NCBI GenBank assembly: GCA_045046875.1
Contig: JASFYY010000067.1
Span: 1-55,181 of the forward strand
Origin: Verrucomicrobiota bacterium
Lineage (GTDB): Bacteria; Verrucomicrobiota; Verrucomicrobiia; Verrucomicrobiales; DEV007
DNA length: 55,181 nt
Direction of reading: 5' to 3'
Under the pieces are notes generated by a model that was not told where the DNA came from, did not search any database, and was given only the letters and a program-made list of their open reading frames with translations. Shown in pieces: positions 17,035 through 27,119 of the stretch. Position 1 is the stretch's first letter, and each line of letters begins with the position of its first letter. A program made the translations under genes and the position numbers.

Positions 17035-17964
17035 ATGAATCGATTATATGAAAAAGCATTAGTGTGTTTCAGCGTGGCCAGCTTGCTGGTTTTTTCCCAG
17101 CTGCCATGTTCGGCAAAAGAAACGGTCAAGCTGTTAACGGTGGGCAATAGTTTCGCGATTAATGCTACGCAATACTTACCGGATCTGGTGAAGAGTTTTC
17201 CTGATTGCGAGTTGTTATTGGGCGCGGCGAATATCGGAGGGGCTCCTCTGGATAAACACTACAAGCTGGCGATCGAGTCGGAGACGGATGGAAATATTAA
17301 ACCCTACCGGTATCGTAAAGCCGGGAGTAAGGAGAAGTCCCGCAAGGTCAACCTAAAGGAAATTCTCGCAGCAGAAAAATGGGATGTGATTACGATTCAG
17401 CAATACAGTGCTTACAGTTTCAAGCGGGAGAAGTTCGTTCCTTATTTTAAAAATCTGCATGACTACATCAAGAAGCAGGTCCCGCAGGCCCGCATCATGG
17501 TGCATCAGACCTGGGCTTATCGTGCGGATGATGCGAGGTTCCGTAAGCAGGAGTTCAAGCAGGCGGACATGTATCGTTTGTTGACTGAGAATTACCGCTT
17601 TTTTGCTAAAAAATCTCAATGTGCCATTCTGCCTTCGGGAGCAGCCTTTGACTTGTGTCGCAAAAAACAGCAACCGGCGTTTTCTTTTCCCGATCCGGAT
17701 TTTGATTATGCTGATCCGGTAAAAGGAAGTCTGCCAAAACAGGAGGGCTCGTTGAATGTCGGTTGGCGCTGGAGCAAAGGGAAGTTTAGCTTGGATGCGC
17801 ACCACGCCAATGAGCGAGGGTGTTATCTGGCGGCGTGTGTTTGGTTTGAGAAGTTATTTGGCAAGGATGTGCGGCAGACAGATTTTGTTCCTGACGTTTT
17901 GCAAAAAGCGGACGCAAAATTTTTGCAGCAAATCGCACATGAGACAGTGGCGAGCTTTGAGTAG
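17035..17964 (+). CDS. DUF4886 / SGNH-like exported protein
   Basis: LTVGNSF, WDVITIQQ, HQTWAY, DAHHAN..GCYL. Confidence 0.8.
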   Translation: MNRLYEKALVCFSVASLLVFSQLPCSAKETVKLLTVGNSFAINATQYLPDLVKSFPDCELLLGAANIGGAPLDKHYKLAIESETDGNIKPYRYRKAGSKEKSRKVNLKEILAAEKWDVITIQQYSAYSFKREKFVPYFKNLHDYIKKQVPQARIMVHQTWAYRADDARFRKQEFKQADMYRLLTENYRFFAKKSQCAILPSGAAFDLCRKKQQPAFSFPDPDFDYADPVKGSLPKQEGSLNVGWRWSKGKFSLDAHHANERGCYLAACVWFEKLFGKDVRQTDFVPDVLQKADAKFLQQIAHETVASFE

Positions 17965-18027
17965 CCAGCCTTAAAGCTAAAACTGGCAGTGGAAGCGGGG
18001 CGTTTTCTATGTTAGCGGTTGAAGCTT

Positions 18028-21000
18028 ATGAAAATCACCCGCCCCATTTTTGTGTTGCTTGCCTTTGTATTGCTGTGGTCGCCGGCATTAGTTCACTCGG
18101 CTGAAAAGCTTCCTATATTGTTAAAAGAGGATTTTAATCGGGGTTCTGCGCGTTGGGATACGACGGATGATGCTGCCTGGAGGGTGCGTGAATTTGGCAA
18201 GCCGAGCAGTCGGGTGCTCGAATTGTATGGAGCTTCCAAATACACCCCCCCCTTTCGCAGCCCGGTGAATATTGCTTTGTTAAAATACCATACGGTGGGG
18301 GATTTTGAGCTGACGGCTAAGGTGCGCACCACCAAGGAGAGTTACGGTCATCGTGACATGTGTCTGTTTTTTGGTTATCAGGATCCCGCCAATTTTTATT
18401 ACGTGCATTTGGGTCAGAAAGCGGATGATCACGCTAATCAAATTTTCATCGTCAAGGAAGCTCCGAGGACGAAGATTTCTGAAAAGAGCAGCGCGGGCAC
18501 GCCGTGGAAGGATGACACTTGGCATCAGGTCAAAATTGTGCGTGAGGTTAAGAGCGGGTTGATCGAGGTTTATTTCGATGACATGAAAAAGCCGATGATG
18601 GTGGCGCATGATAAGAGCTTTGAATGGGGTAGCATCGGGCTGGGGTCTTTTGATGATACCGGAATGTGGGATGATGTGGAGCTGCGTGGGATCAAGGTCA
18701 AAGCGAAGGGGGGATCGGCCCACGCTGATCCAAAAACCTTGAAATACGATAAATGGACGTCAGATTTTCAGATTCACAATGCGATTGCTTTGAGCTTTGA
18801 CGAAAAGGGGGTGGCTTATGTGACCGGAGCACGCCGCCGGGTGGCGCAGGATCTGGCGATTCGGCAGGAGTGGATGGTGGAGGATTTGAAGTTGCGTTCG
18901 GTGGACGACAAACGGGCTTTTTATCATCGTGAGTTATCACCGGAAAAAGGGCAGAGTGAAAACAGCAAAAAGCAGGTGGTGGATCACAATAAGGACGGTA
19001 GTCATGATTGGCGAGATCTGACGGTGTTGAGTGATACTATCTATCGCCTAGAGGATAGCAATGGTGATGGCAAGGCAGATAAAAAAACGGCTTATGCTAC
19101 AGATGTGAAAACGGAGATCACGGGTAGCATGGCGGGGGTGTTATACTATGATGGGGATGTGTATGCGACGGCTTCACCAGAGTTGATGAAGTTTCGTGAT
19201 ACGAATGGTGACGGGGTGGCGGACAAACGTGAATCCATCGCTCACGGATTCGGGGTGCACGTGGCCTATGCGGGCCATTACATGCACGGATTGAATGTGG
19301 GGCCGGATGGGCGCATCTACTGGACGATCGGGGACAAGGGCATCAACGTGACTTCGAAAGAGGGCAAAAAATACGAATACCCGCATGAAGGCAGCATGAT
19401 GCGTTGTGAGCCGGACGGTTCGAATTTCGAGGTGTTTGTGCGCGGCTTGCGTAATCTGCAGGAACCGCGTTTTGATGCTTATGGCAATTGGTTTGGGGTG
19501 GATAATGATGGCGACAGCCCAGGGGAGATGGAGCGTCTGGTGTATTTGGTGCAGCATATGGATGTGGGCTGGAGGATCAATTGGCAGTATTTCAAGGGGA
19601 ATTATAATTTTTGGACCAGTGAGGATATGTACAAACCTTACTTTGATGGTCAGCCGGGGCATATTGTGCCGACGATCAAAAATTATGTCAATGGGCCTTC
19701 GGGTTTTGCGTGGAATCCTGGCACGGCGTTGAGCCCGGAGTATAAGGATTATTTTTTCATCACTCAGTTTTCATCGGGGTATCAGAATGCCTTTCAAGTG
19801 AAGTCCAAAGGGGCTTCTTTTGAGATGATCAATGATCACATTATTGGTAACGGCGTTCCTTTGGTGGGGCTGAACTGGGCACCAGACGGCGGTCTGTATG
19901 GAACGGATTGGGGTGGCGGTTATACCTTGAATGATGAAGGTGGGGTGTGGAAAATCGATGTGCCAGAGTATGCTAACTCGAAGCAGCGTAAAGAAACGGC
20001 GCAGTTATTGGGTGAAGGAATGGGCGAGCGTAAGATTGAGGGCTTGGCGAAGTTGTGCGGTCATGCGGATCAACGGGTGAGGCTGGCGGCGCAGTTTGAA
20101 TTGGTCAAGCGGGGACAGGGTGAGTTATTGGAGAAAATGGCTTTGAATGAAAATCAGTCACAGATGGCCAGGATACATGGGCTGTGGGGTTGGGCGCAGT
20201 TGCAGCGTAAGGCAAAGGTGCGCAAGCCGGGAGCGATCCTTGATTTGGCGATAGACAAGGATGCTGAAATGCGGGCGCAATTTGCCCGCACGATTGGAGA
20301 TATGGGAGCGATCGAGGGCGATGCGACGGCTGAGAAATTAGTTCGGTTGCTGCAAGATGAGAGCGATCGGGTGGTTGGTTTTGCTGCGATTGCCCTGGGT
20401 AATTTGAAGGCGAAAAAAGCCTTTCCAGAACTGTTGACCTTTGTTGAGGGGATTCAGCGCAATCAAACTTATCTCAGGCATGCGGCGGTAACCGCTTTGC
20501 AGTTTTGTGCGACACCTGATGAGTTAGCGGTTTTGAGGAAGGATGAGAACCCCGTGGTGCGACATGTGGCGGTTTTGGCTTTGCGACGAGTAGGCGGAGC
20601 AGGTGCGGCAGAATTTTTAGCGGACAAAGAAGAATACATCGCGACAGATGCGGCGCGGGCGATTCATGATGATGATTCGATCACAGAGGCTATGCCTGCA
20701 TTGGCAGCGTCTTTGACCTCGACGGAACATCAGAATGAAGCTTTCATTCGCCGTGCGGTGAATGCTAATTTTCGCTTAGGGGATCCCAAGTCGGCAGAGC
20801 GGTTGGCGGTGTATGCTTTAAAAGAAGGCGCGCCGCTTGAAATGCGCCTGGATGCTTTGCAGGCACTGTCCTTGTGGGTGCAACTTCCCGAAATCGATCG
20901 CATCGAAGGCCGTTATCGCGTTTTGGTGAAGCGGGATTTGGTGGCGGCTGCCAAATTGGTCGAATCACATTTGACACCTTTACTGGCAGATAAGGTGTCG

Positions 21001-21957
21001 CAGATTCGTGAGCTGGCGATGAGGTCAGCGACCACGCTCAAGGTGCCCATTGATGCGCAGGTTTTGCTGGTCGTGGTGCAGGGCAAAGATAATGCATCGG
21101 CTTTGCGGTTGGAAGCGCTTAATGCGTTGGAGAAACAAGGCTCGACTCAGTTGGCGGAGGCGATTGATGCGGGAATGTCTTCTTCATCGCGTCGCTTGAG
21201 GATTCGCTCGCTGCAATTACTGGCGGAGAGCCGCCCGGACAAGGCGATTGAGCGTGCGATTGCGATTTTGGACAAGGATGGTGATGTGTTTGAAAGTCAG
21301 CAGGTTTTTGTGACACTGGCGGTCATTGGCAATGAAAGAGCGGATCAAGTATTGACGACTTGGGCGCAGAAGTTGGCAAATGGTGGAGTGAAACCAGAGC
21401 TGCTGCTCGACGTGATCACCGCATCGCAGGCAAGGCAGGAAGCAGCACCGAAGATCAAAGCGGCGCTTGTGGAATTTGGTAAAATCCGCAAACCCGGTGA
21501 TTTGGTGGCTTCGTATTATGAATGCCTCGAGGGAGGTGATGCGGAAAAGGGCAAGGATATCTTTATGAATCACATCGCGGCGCAATGTGTGCGTTGTCAT
21601 CGGTATAATAAGGGCAAAGGCAGCACCATTGGTCCGAATTTGAAGTCGGTGGGTAAGGAGAAAGATCGTCGTTACATTTTGGAATCCGTGTTGAATCCGC
21701 AGGCTGTGATCGCTCCGGGTTACGGCACGATTTCGTTGACCTTGAAAAATGGAGACATCGTGGCGGGACAGTTTCGTAAGGAGACCAAAAAGGAGATTGA
21801 AATCCGTGATGCCGACAACAAAACGATCAAAGTACCGCTGGATCAGATCAAGGAACGCAGTCCGGTGATCTCGACCATGCCGCCAATGATCGCTCTGCTT
21901 AAAAAACATGAGATTCGGGATGTGGTGGCTTATTTGGCTACTTTGAAGGCTAAGTGA
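18028..21957 (+). CDS. PVC-type membrane-bound dehydrogenase-like protein with HEAT repeats and c-type haem
   Basis: N-terminal lectin/DUF1080-like domain, beta-propeller (D.NGDG.AD, GPDGRIY, GLRN), HEAT repeats, CVRCH haem motif, GPNL, STMP. Confidence 0.88.
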   Translation: MKITRPIFVLLAFVLLWSPALVHSAEKLPILLKEDFNRGSARWDTTDDAAWRVREFGKPSSRVLELYGASKYTPPFRSPVNIALLKYHTVGDFELTAKVRTTKESYGHRDMCLFFGYQDPANFYYVHLGQKADDHANQIFIVKEAPRTKISEKSSAGTPWKDDTWHQVKIVREVKSGLIEVYFDDMKKPMMVAHDKSFEWGSIGLGSFDDTGMWDDVELRGIKVKAKGGSAHADPKTLKYDKWTSDFQIHNAIALSFDEKGVAYVTGARRRVAQDLAIRQEWMVEDLKLRSVDDKRAFYHRELSPEKGQSENSKKQVVDHNKDGSHDWRDLTVLSDTIYRLEDSNGDGKADKKTAYATDVKTEITGSMAGVLYYDGDVYATASPELMKFRDTNGDGVADKRESIAHGFGVHVAYAGHYMHGLNVGPDGRIYWTIGDKGINVTSKEGKKYEYPHEGSMMRCEPDGSNFEVFVRGLRNLQEPRFDAYGNWFGVDNDGDSPGEMERLVYLVQHMDVGWRINWQYFKGNYNFWTSEDMYKPYFDGQPGHIVPTIKNYVNGPSGFAWNPGTALSPEYKDYFFITQFSSGYQNAFQVKSKGASFEMINDHIIGNGVPLVGLNWAPDGGLYGTDWGGGYTLNDEGGVWKIDVPEYANSKQRKETAQLLGEGMGERKIEGLAKLCGHADQRVRLAAQFELVKRGQGELLEKMALNENQSQMARIHGLWGWAQLQRKAKVRKPGAILDLAIDKDAEMRAQFARTIGDMGAIEGDATAEKLVRLLQDESDRVVGFAAIALGNLKAKKAFPELLTFVEGIQRNQTYLRHAAVTALQFCATPDELAVLRKDENPVVRHVAVLALRRVGGAGAAEFLADKEEYIATDAARAIHDDDSITEAMPALAASLTSTEHQNEAFIRRAVNANFRLGDPKSAERLAVYALKEGAPLEMRLDALQALSLWVQLPEIDRIEGRYRVLVKRDLVAAAKLVESHLTPLLADKVSQIRELAMRSATTLKVPIDAQVLLVVVQGKDNASALRLEALNALEKQGSTQLAEAIDAGMSSSSRRLRIRSLQLLAESRPDKAIERAIAILDKDGDVFESQQVFVTLAVIGNERADQVLTTWAQKLANGGVKPELLLDVITASQARQEAAPKIKAALVEFGKIRKPGDLVASYYECLEGGDAEKGKDIFMNHIAAQCVRCHRYNKGKGSTIGPNLKSVGKEKDRRYILESVLNPQAVIAPGYGTISLTLKNGDIVAGQFRKETKKEIEIRDADNKTIKVPLDQIKERSPVISTMPPMIALLKKHEIRDVVAYLATLKAK

Positions 21958-22034
21958 ATAGGGGAACCACTAATGGACACGAATAAGAAAGAAAGAGGGG
22001 GAATGGGTGAAGTCTCAGTGGAGCACATCTGCCC

Positions 22035-22107
22035 CACGCAATGCCATTGCGTGCCACATTCAACATTCACTTTCGCTGTCCATCGTGGCCCGGATTGGCA
22101 ATCCGGG
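22035..22107. repeat. GTGG-headed REP-like palindrome doublet
   Basis: CACGCAATGCCATTGCGTGCCAC (22035-22057) and GTGGCCCGGATTGGCAATCCGGG (22085-22107). Same geometry as the doublet at 8672-8746. Confidence 0.65.
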
Positions 22108-22349
22108 TAATTTTCGAACACGGACGGCCATGAATAATCCAATGGTATTACGTTTCGCTTCTCAATACCGCGTAAGTGATCATGCTTTACCGTTGAGGAG
22201 TCTTTCGAGTGATATCCTTTGGAGAATGCCCAAGCGGTAGATGTGGAATGTGTTGTGATGGAAATGGAGGATTTGTTGTTATTCCTGATTGACGGGGGCG
22301 CTTCTTCTCTGCACCTTTCTGGCGAGTATTTATCGAATAAAAAAATATC

Positions 22350-22934
22350 ATGAAAATCACACGCAAACATTTCTTTCTTATCGCGGCGACGGCATTGCTG
22401 GCGGGCATTTCTTCTTTGTCGGCTCAGGATAAAAAATTGCCTAGGGTTTATTTTGACATCGAAGCTGACGGCGAAAAGCTGGGTCGGATCGTGATGGAGT
22501 TACGCTCCGATGTGGTTCCGAAAACGGCAGAAAACTTTCGTGCTTTGTGTACTGGTGAAAAAGGTTTTGGTTATAAAGGCAGTAGTTTTCACCGGGTGAT
22601 CCAGAACTTTATGGCTCAGGGAGGAGACTTTACTAATCACAACGGCACAGGCGGGAAATCGATTTACGGCACGAAGTTTGCCGATGAAAACTTTGATCTC
22701 AAGCACACTGGAGCGGGAATTTTGAGTATGGCGAATGCGGGACCCGATACCAATGGCTCGCAGTTTTTTCTTTGCACTGTGAGAACCGAATGGCTCGACG
22801 GCAAACACGTGGTGTTTGGCCAAGTGGTAGAGGGCTTGGATGTGGTGAAAAAAGTCGAAGCTCTGGGATCACGTTCGGGTGCGACCAGTAAAAAAATCAT
22901 CATTAAAGATTGTGGCGAACTGAAATCCAAATAG
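22350..22934 (+). CDS. ppiA: Cyclophilin-type peptidyl-prolyl cis-trans isomerase (exported)
   Basis: [61 protein letters not shown]. Confidence 0.95.
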   Translation: MKITRKHFFLIAATALLAGISSLSAQDKKLPRVYFDIEADGEKLGRIVMELRSDVVPKTAENFRALCTGEKGFGYKGSSFHRVIQNFMAQGGDFTNHNGTGGKSIYGTKFADENFDLKHTGAGILSMANAGPDTNGSQFFLCTVRTEWLDGKHVVFGQVVEGLDVVKKVEALGSRSGATSKKIIIKDCGELKSK

Positions 22935-22981
22935 GATTTTCCACATCAATAACTATGGTGCTTGAATTAAGCGCCGTGACC

Positions 22982-23011
22982 AAAAGGGCGCTTTTTAAAG
23001 TGCCCTTTTTT
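22982..23011. terminator. Bidirectional intrinsic terminator
   Basis: AAAAGGGCGCTTT-TT-AAAGTGCCCTTTTTT hairpin between convergent genes. Confidence 0.75.
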
Positions 23012-23013
23012 GT

Positions 23014-24729
23014 TCAGTCTGTCAGCGGGGTGACTTTCACATCGTCGATATGGTAACGGCCAACTGAAGCGGCGCTGGACCAGATCATGACTTTCATTGA
23101 TGCCATGCCTGGGGGAATGGTGAAGGTTCCGGACAGCGTTTCCGACCGACCGACTGAGTTGGATGAGGCTTTGAGGTGGGTGATCATTCCTTTGCCGCTG
23201 GCTGTTGCATTGGGGTAACCGCTGATATAAAGGGCGATGCCACCTTTGTCGGCGTTCAGGCAAATCACTTTGCTTTCAATTCGGTAGCGCTGCCCTTCGG
23301 AGACAGCAATGGTGGGCGAATAGGCGCGGCGATGATCCTTTCCAGGGCCTGTCATCTTGAAGCGCAGGGATGAAGCTGATTTGGATTTTCCCGGAGCAAA
23401 GGAGACTTCGTCGTTAGAGAGCTTCCAGTCCGTCGCTCCGTCGTCAAAAGTCCAGCTGTAGGCTTTGCCGGGTTTGGCTTTTGTTTTATCTTTCACTTTG
23501 GGTTTGGGGGTTTTGATGCCGGCGGATTTTACCAAGAAGGCGACGAGTTCATCGGCGATGAGTTGATGACCTTCGGCATTGGGGTGGGCTTGATCGACAA
23601 AGAAGTTTTCTATATCAGCGCGACCGATTTTTTTCATGATCCGGTTGAGATCAAAAACGGGCAGTTTGCGTGCAGTGGCGATTTCCCGGATGGCGTCGGC
23701 GTAGTCGTCCATCATCACAAAACGTGGACCGGTGCCGGGAGTGGTGGCAAAAGGCAGGATGGAGCTTTTGCCCTGGGTTTGATTGATGGCGCCTTGGATG
23801 TAATCGTCCATCGATTGTTTGAAATAAGCTTTGGTGTAGATATTGCTCTTGTCGTTGTAACCATACATGACGGTGATCAGGTCAGGGGCATCTCCGACAA
23901 AATCACGGGCCAGCCAGGCTCGCCCATCGGTGGACTTGGCACCGCCGACGGCACGACTTTCGACGATGATATCATCGTAGCCCAGCCATTCGCGCAGCAG
24001 GTTCTGAGTGAGCACGGCGTAGCGCTGGGTGCTTTTGTTGGGGAGTCCTGAACCAGCCGTGATGGAGTCTCCGATGCAAACGATGTGAACCGGTTGCCGG
24101 TTTTTGAGGCGTTGAAGCACTTCAGTAAAGGGGCGGGCAGCTTTGTCAGGGCTATTTTTTTCGACCTGCTCTTCGATCTGAATTTGATCGATGCTGTAGC
24201 TGTGGGCTGGAATTTTATCGTTATTAAAATAGATCGACCAGCGACTGCCAAAACGCAGGGCTTTGATTCCGCTGGGCGGCAGGGCTCCTGCTTGGTTCAA
24301 TCCGTCATAAGCGCCGTTGGGTATCAGGTCCGACCAGCGCAGGGTGATCTTGTGCCATTCGGTATTTTTGAGTGGGAAATAATAGATGTAAGAATAAGCT
24401 CCGCTGGAGTGATCCCCGACGGAGATACAGCCGAACAAATCCGAGCCATCTCCCTTGACCATGAAAGACAGCCCTTCGTATTGATCCCAGGCAGGACTGC
24501 CTTCGAGCGGACGCGCGCTGAGCTGCTTGAATACCATGCCGGGTAGAGATACGTGGATCGCCCCTTCACCGACCGCTGCCGAATTCGCTTTTTTGTAAGA
24601 CGCGGTTTTGGTGGTGACTTTCCAGCCACTTAGATTTTCAAAATCCTCTAAAACCACCGGGGCACCGTATATGGGGGCGAAAGTGAGAAGAAGGGATGTC
24701 AGGCTAAGAAAGGGGGTCAAACGGGTCAT
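23014..24729 (-). CDS. SGNH/GDSL hydrolase flanked by carbohydrate-binding-like modules
   Basis: GDSIT, G.ND and D..HPN.EGH motifs. N-terminal CIA30/CBM11-like and C-terminal CBM4/9-like regions. Confidence 0.82.
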   Translation of the reverse strand: MTRLTPFLSLTSLLLTFAPIYGAPVVLEDFENLSGWKVTTKTASYKKANSAAVGEGAIHVSLPGMVFKQLSARPLEGSPAWDQYEGLSFMVKGDGSDLFGCISVGDHSSGAYSYIYYFPLKNTEWHKITLRWSDLIPNGAYDGLNQAGALPPSGIKALRFGSRWSIYFNNDKIPAHSYSIDQIQIEEQVEKNSPDKAARPFTEVLQRLKNRQPVHIVCIGDSITAGSGLPNKSTQRYAVLTQNLLREWLGYDDIIVESRAVGGAKSTDGRAWLARDFVGDAPDLITVMYGYNDKSNIYTKAYFKQSMDDYIQGAINQTQGKSSILPFATTPGTGPRFVMMDDYADAIREIATARKLPVFDLNRIMKKIGRADIENFFVDQAHPNAEGHQLIADELVAFLVKSAGIKTPKPKVKDKTKAKPGKAYSWTFDDGATDWKLSNDEVSFAPGKSKSASSLRFKMTGPGKDHRRAYSPTIAVSEGQRYRIESKVICLNADKGGIALYISGYPNATASGKGMITHLKASSNSVGRSETLSGTFTIPPGMASMKVMIWSSAASVGRYHIDDVKVTPLTD

Positions 24730-24829
24730 GGCGTGGATTGTGGAGGGTAAAAATGATGTGTATTGCTGGTTCAGGATTCATGGGTGAGGGATAAAAGTCA
24801 ACCGCAAGCAATGATATTGCTTGCGGTTT

Positions 24830-24901
24830 GACCCCTTTCCAGACCCCTTTCCAGACCCCTTTCCAGACCCCTTTCCAGACCCCTTTCCAGACCCCTTTCC
24901 A
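24830..24901 (+). repeat. 12-bp tandem repeat (GACCCCTTTCCA) x6
   Basis: Six perfect copies read directly from the sequence. Confidence 0.97.
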
Positions 24902-25206
24902 CTCTTCCCATAGCCCCATTTGCATACTCAGCCCCAGTTTCCGATTTGTTAAACAACAATCATTTTGTAAAGGGTGTGACCCCAGATTTGGTCAGGCGGG
25001 ATCGGTGAGTTGCTTGGGGTTTGACCCCATGTTTATAAGAACTCTATTTAATTGTTATTGTTAGGAATTTGCTTTTCATCCGTGTCAGGTGTCTGTTCTC
25101 ATGAGTCTGGACTGGATGCATAACGCATAGGTGGCTACGACACGATTCGTGGAACGTAGGCAATGAAAAATTGCAGGGAGGATTAATTAATAAAAACATA
25201 AAAATT

Positions 25207-26961
25207 ATGAGAAGAATATTACACCTTGCTTTTACGGCAATGCTTTTGACCGGATGTGGGCAATCACCTGAAAAGAAAAGTTCTACAGAAACAGAGAAGG
25301 CTGAGCAGAAAAAGCCGAATATTTTATTGTTGGTAGGAGATGATACCGCATTTGGAGATATTGGTGCTTTTGGTTCGGAAGTTAAAACGCCGAATATGAA
25401 CAAACTTGCCGATGTGGGTATTCGATTTACGAACTTTCACGTATCTCCGGTTTGCTCGGTTACCAGGTCAATGCTTCTAACTGGGAATAATAACATTGAA
25501 GTAGGTCTAGGAGCTTTTGATTATTCTGTTTATCCTCCAACCAGAGGGAAAAAAGGTTATGAAACTTATTTAACTGCTGATGCAGTAACTATTTCCGAGC
25601 TTCTAAAGGATGATGGTTATGAAGTTTACAAATCCGGGAAATGGCATTTGGGCGGTGAAAAACCGGGGAGTAAAGGGCCGTTAGGGTGGGGCTTCACTAA
25701 GGAATTTGGTATTTATTCTGGAGGTTCAAACCATTGGAATAATTTGGCAATGACACCTGACTTTAAAGATCCCAACGGACTTAATGTGAAGCGGGTGGAG
25801 GAGTGGACTCTAAATGGAGAGCCCTACGAGAGACCTGAAGGAATCTATTCTGGTGAAATCTATACAAATCAAATGTTAGAATTCATTAAAGATGGAGTAA
25901 AAAAGGACAAACCTTGGTTTGCCTATTTAGCGTTCACCACAGCACATTTCCCTATTCAGGCGCCAGAAGGCTTGATCATGAAATATTATCCTAAATATCT
26001 GGAGTTAGGTTATGCGGGATTAAAAAAAGCTAGATATGAGAGCCTTAAAGAGCATGGGCTAATTTCTCATGAGGCAAAAGAAGCCCCATTTAATAACTTA
26101 ACCAAAAAATGGGAAAGCTTGCCACAGGAAGAAAAAGAAAAACAAGCCAAAATAATGGCAACTTATGCAGCTATGATTGAGGACCAAGACAATCGTATCG
26201 GTCAGGTTTTAGATTATCTCAAATCATCTGGTCAATTAGATAATACATTGATTGTTTATGTGACCGATAATGGCCCTGAAGGACTGGAACCGACCAATCC
26301 AAAAACAGGTAATCCAGAATTAGCCAAATGGATTGAGAATCAATTTGATCCTTCATTTGAAGCTATAGGAACGGCTAATTCAGAGAACGTTATCGGGACT
26401 TCTTGGGCTAATGCCGCAACAGGTGGCTTACAATGGTGGAAATGGTTTATTGGTGAAGGCGGGATTAGAGTTCCTATGATGATCGTGCCGCCGGGTGCTT
26501 TTAGTTCAAAATATGCTCGCGCTGGAGAAAAATCCAATGCCGTGGCTTATGTGAAAGATATTCCAATGACAATTTTGGAATATGCAAATATCAAACACCC
26601 CATGACAGAGTATAAGGGGAGAAAAATCGTGCCTCCAAGTGGAATAAGTATGAAGCCATTTTTAGACGGCAAATCTGAGGGTGTTAGAACCGAGAAAGAT
26701 TGGTGGGCATTTGAACTATTCGGCAACGGATACGTAATGCAGGGAGAATTGAAAGCGATGAAAGTAAGAACAGGAATGTTTGGTGATGGTGAATGGCACC
26801 TATACAACGTTGTAAACGACCCTTCAGAAACACAGCCATTGGAAAAAGGAAATCCTGAAAAATTAAAAGAAATGGTTGCCTTGTATGAGTCCTATACTGC
26901 AAAAAATAATATTATAGAGGTAGATAAAGATTGGAATCCATTTCAAGGGGCTAGCGAATAA
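25207..26961 (+). CDS. Arylsulfatase (formylglycine-dependent S1), lipoprotein, low GC
   Basis: CSVTR FGly motif, GKWHLG, DNG, EGGIRVP; lipobox LTGC. Confidence 0.92.
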   Translation: MRRILHLAFTAMLLTGCGQSPEKKSSTETEKAEQKKPNILLLVGDDTAFGDIGAFGSEVKTPNMNKLADVGIRFTNFHVSPVCSVTRSMLLTGNNNIEVGLGAFDYSVYPPTRGKKGYETYLTADAVTISELLKDDGYEVYKSGKWHLGGEKPGSKGPLGWGFTKEFGIYSGGSNHWNNLAMTPDFKDPNGLNVKRVEEWTLNGEPYERPEGIYSGEIYTNQMLEFIKDGVKKDKPWFAYLAFTTAHFPIQAPEGLIMKYYPKYLELGYAGLKKARYESLKEHGLISHEAKEAPFNNLTKKWESLPQEEKEKQAKIMATYAAMIEDQDNRIGQVLDYLKSSGQLDNTLIVYVTDNGPEGLEPTNPKTGNPELAKWIENQFDPSFEAIGTANSENVIGTSWANAATGGLQWWKWFIGEGGIRVPMMIVPPGAFSSKYARAGEKSNAVAYVKDIPMTILEYANIKHPMTEYKGRKIVPPSGISMKPFLDGKSEGVRTEKDWWAFELFGNGYVMQGELKAMKVRTGMFGDGEWHLYNVVNDPSETQPLEKGNPEKLKEMVALYESYTAKNNIIEVDKDWNPFQGASE

Positions 26962-27119
26962 TTATGGAGTGTGATCTTTCCCTGAAGTGGTAAATACGAG
27001 AGGTCACATCTGAATTGCTTGGAGTTTGACCTCCAAGCTAGATCTAATTTGTCGGGTGAATCGTAGCTTGCAGGGCGGGCGGGATTCTCTATGGTTTGCA
27101 GCATTCATTAGAAAAAATT

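Noticed and set aside
21930..22370. 146-aa minus-strand ORF or RAYT remnant in the spacer before ppiA
   Set aside because: It runs through REP-like palindromes and overlaps both flanking genes. A weak FHIY..G resemblance in another frame is not enough to call a pseudogene.
24704..25064. ORFs with WKGV / TPFQ repeats, or a CRISPR, at the 12-bp repeat
   Set aside because: They are translations of a spacer-less tandem DNA repeat in an intergenic region.
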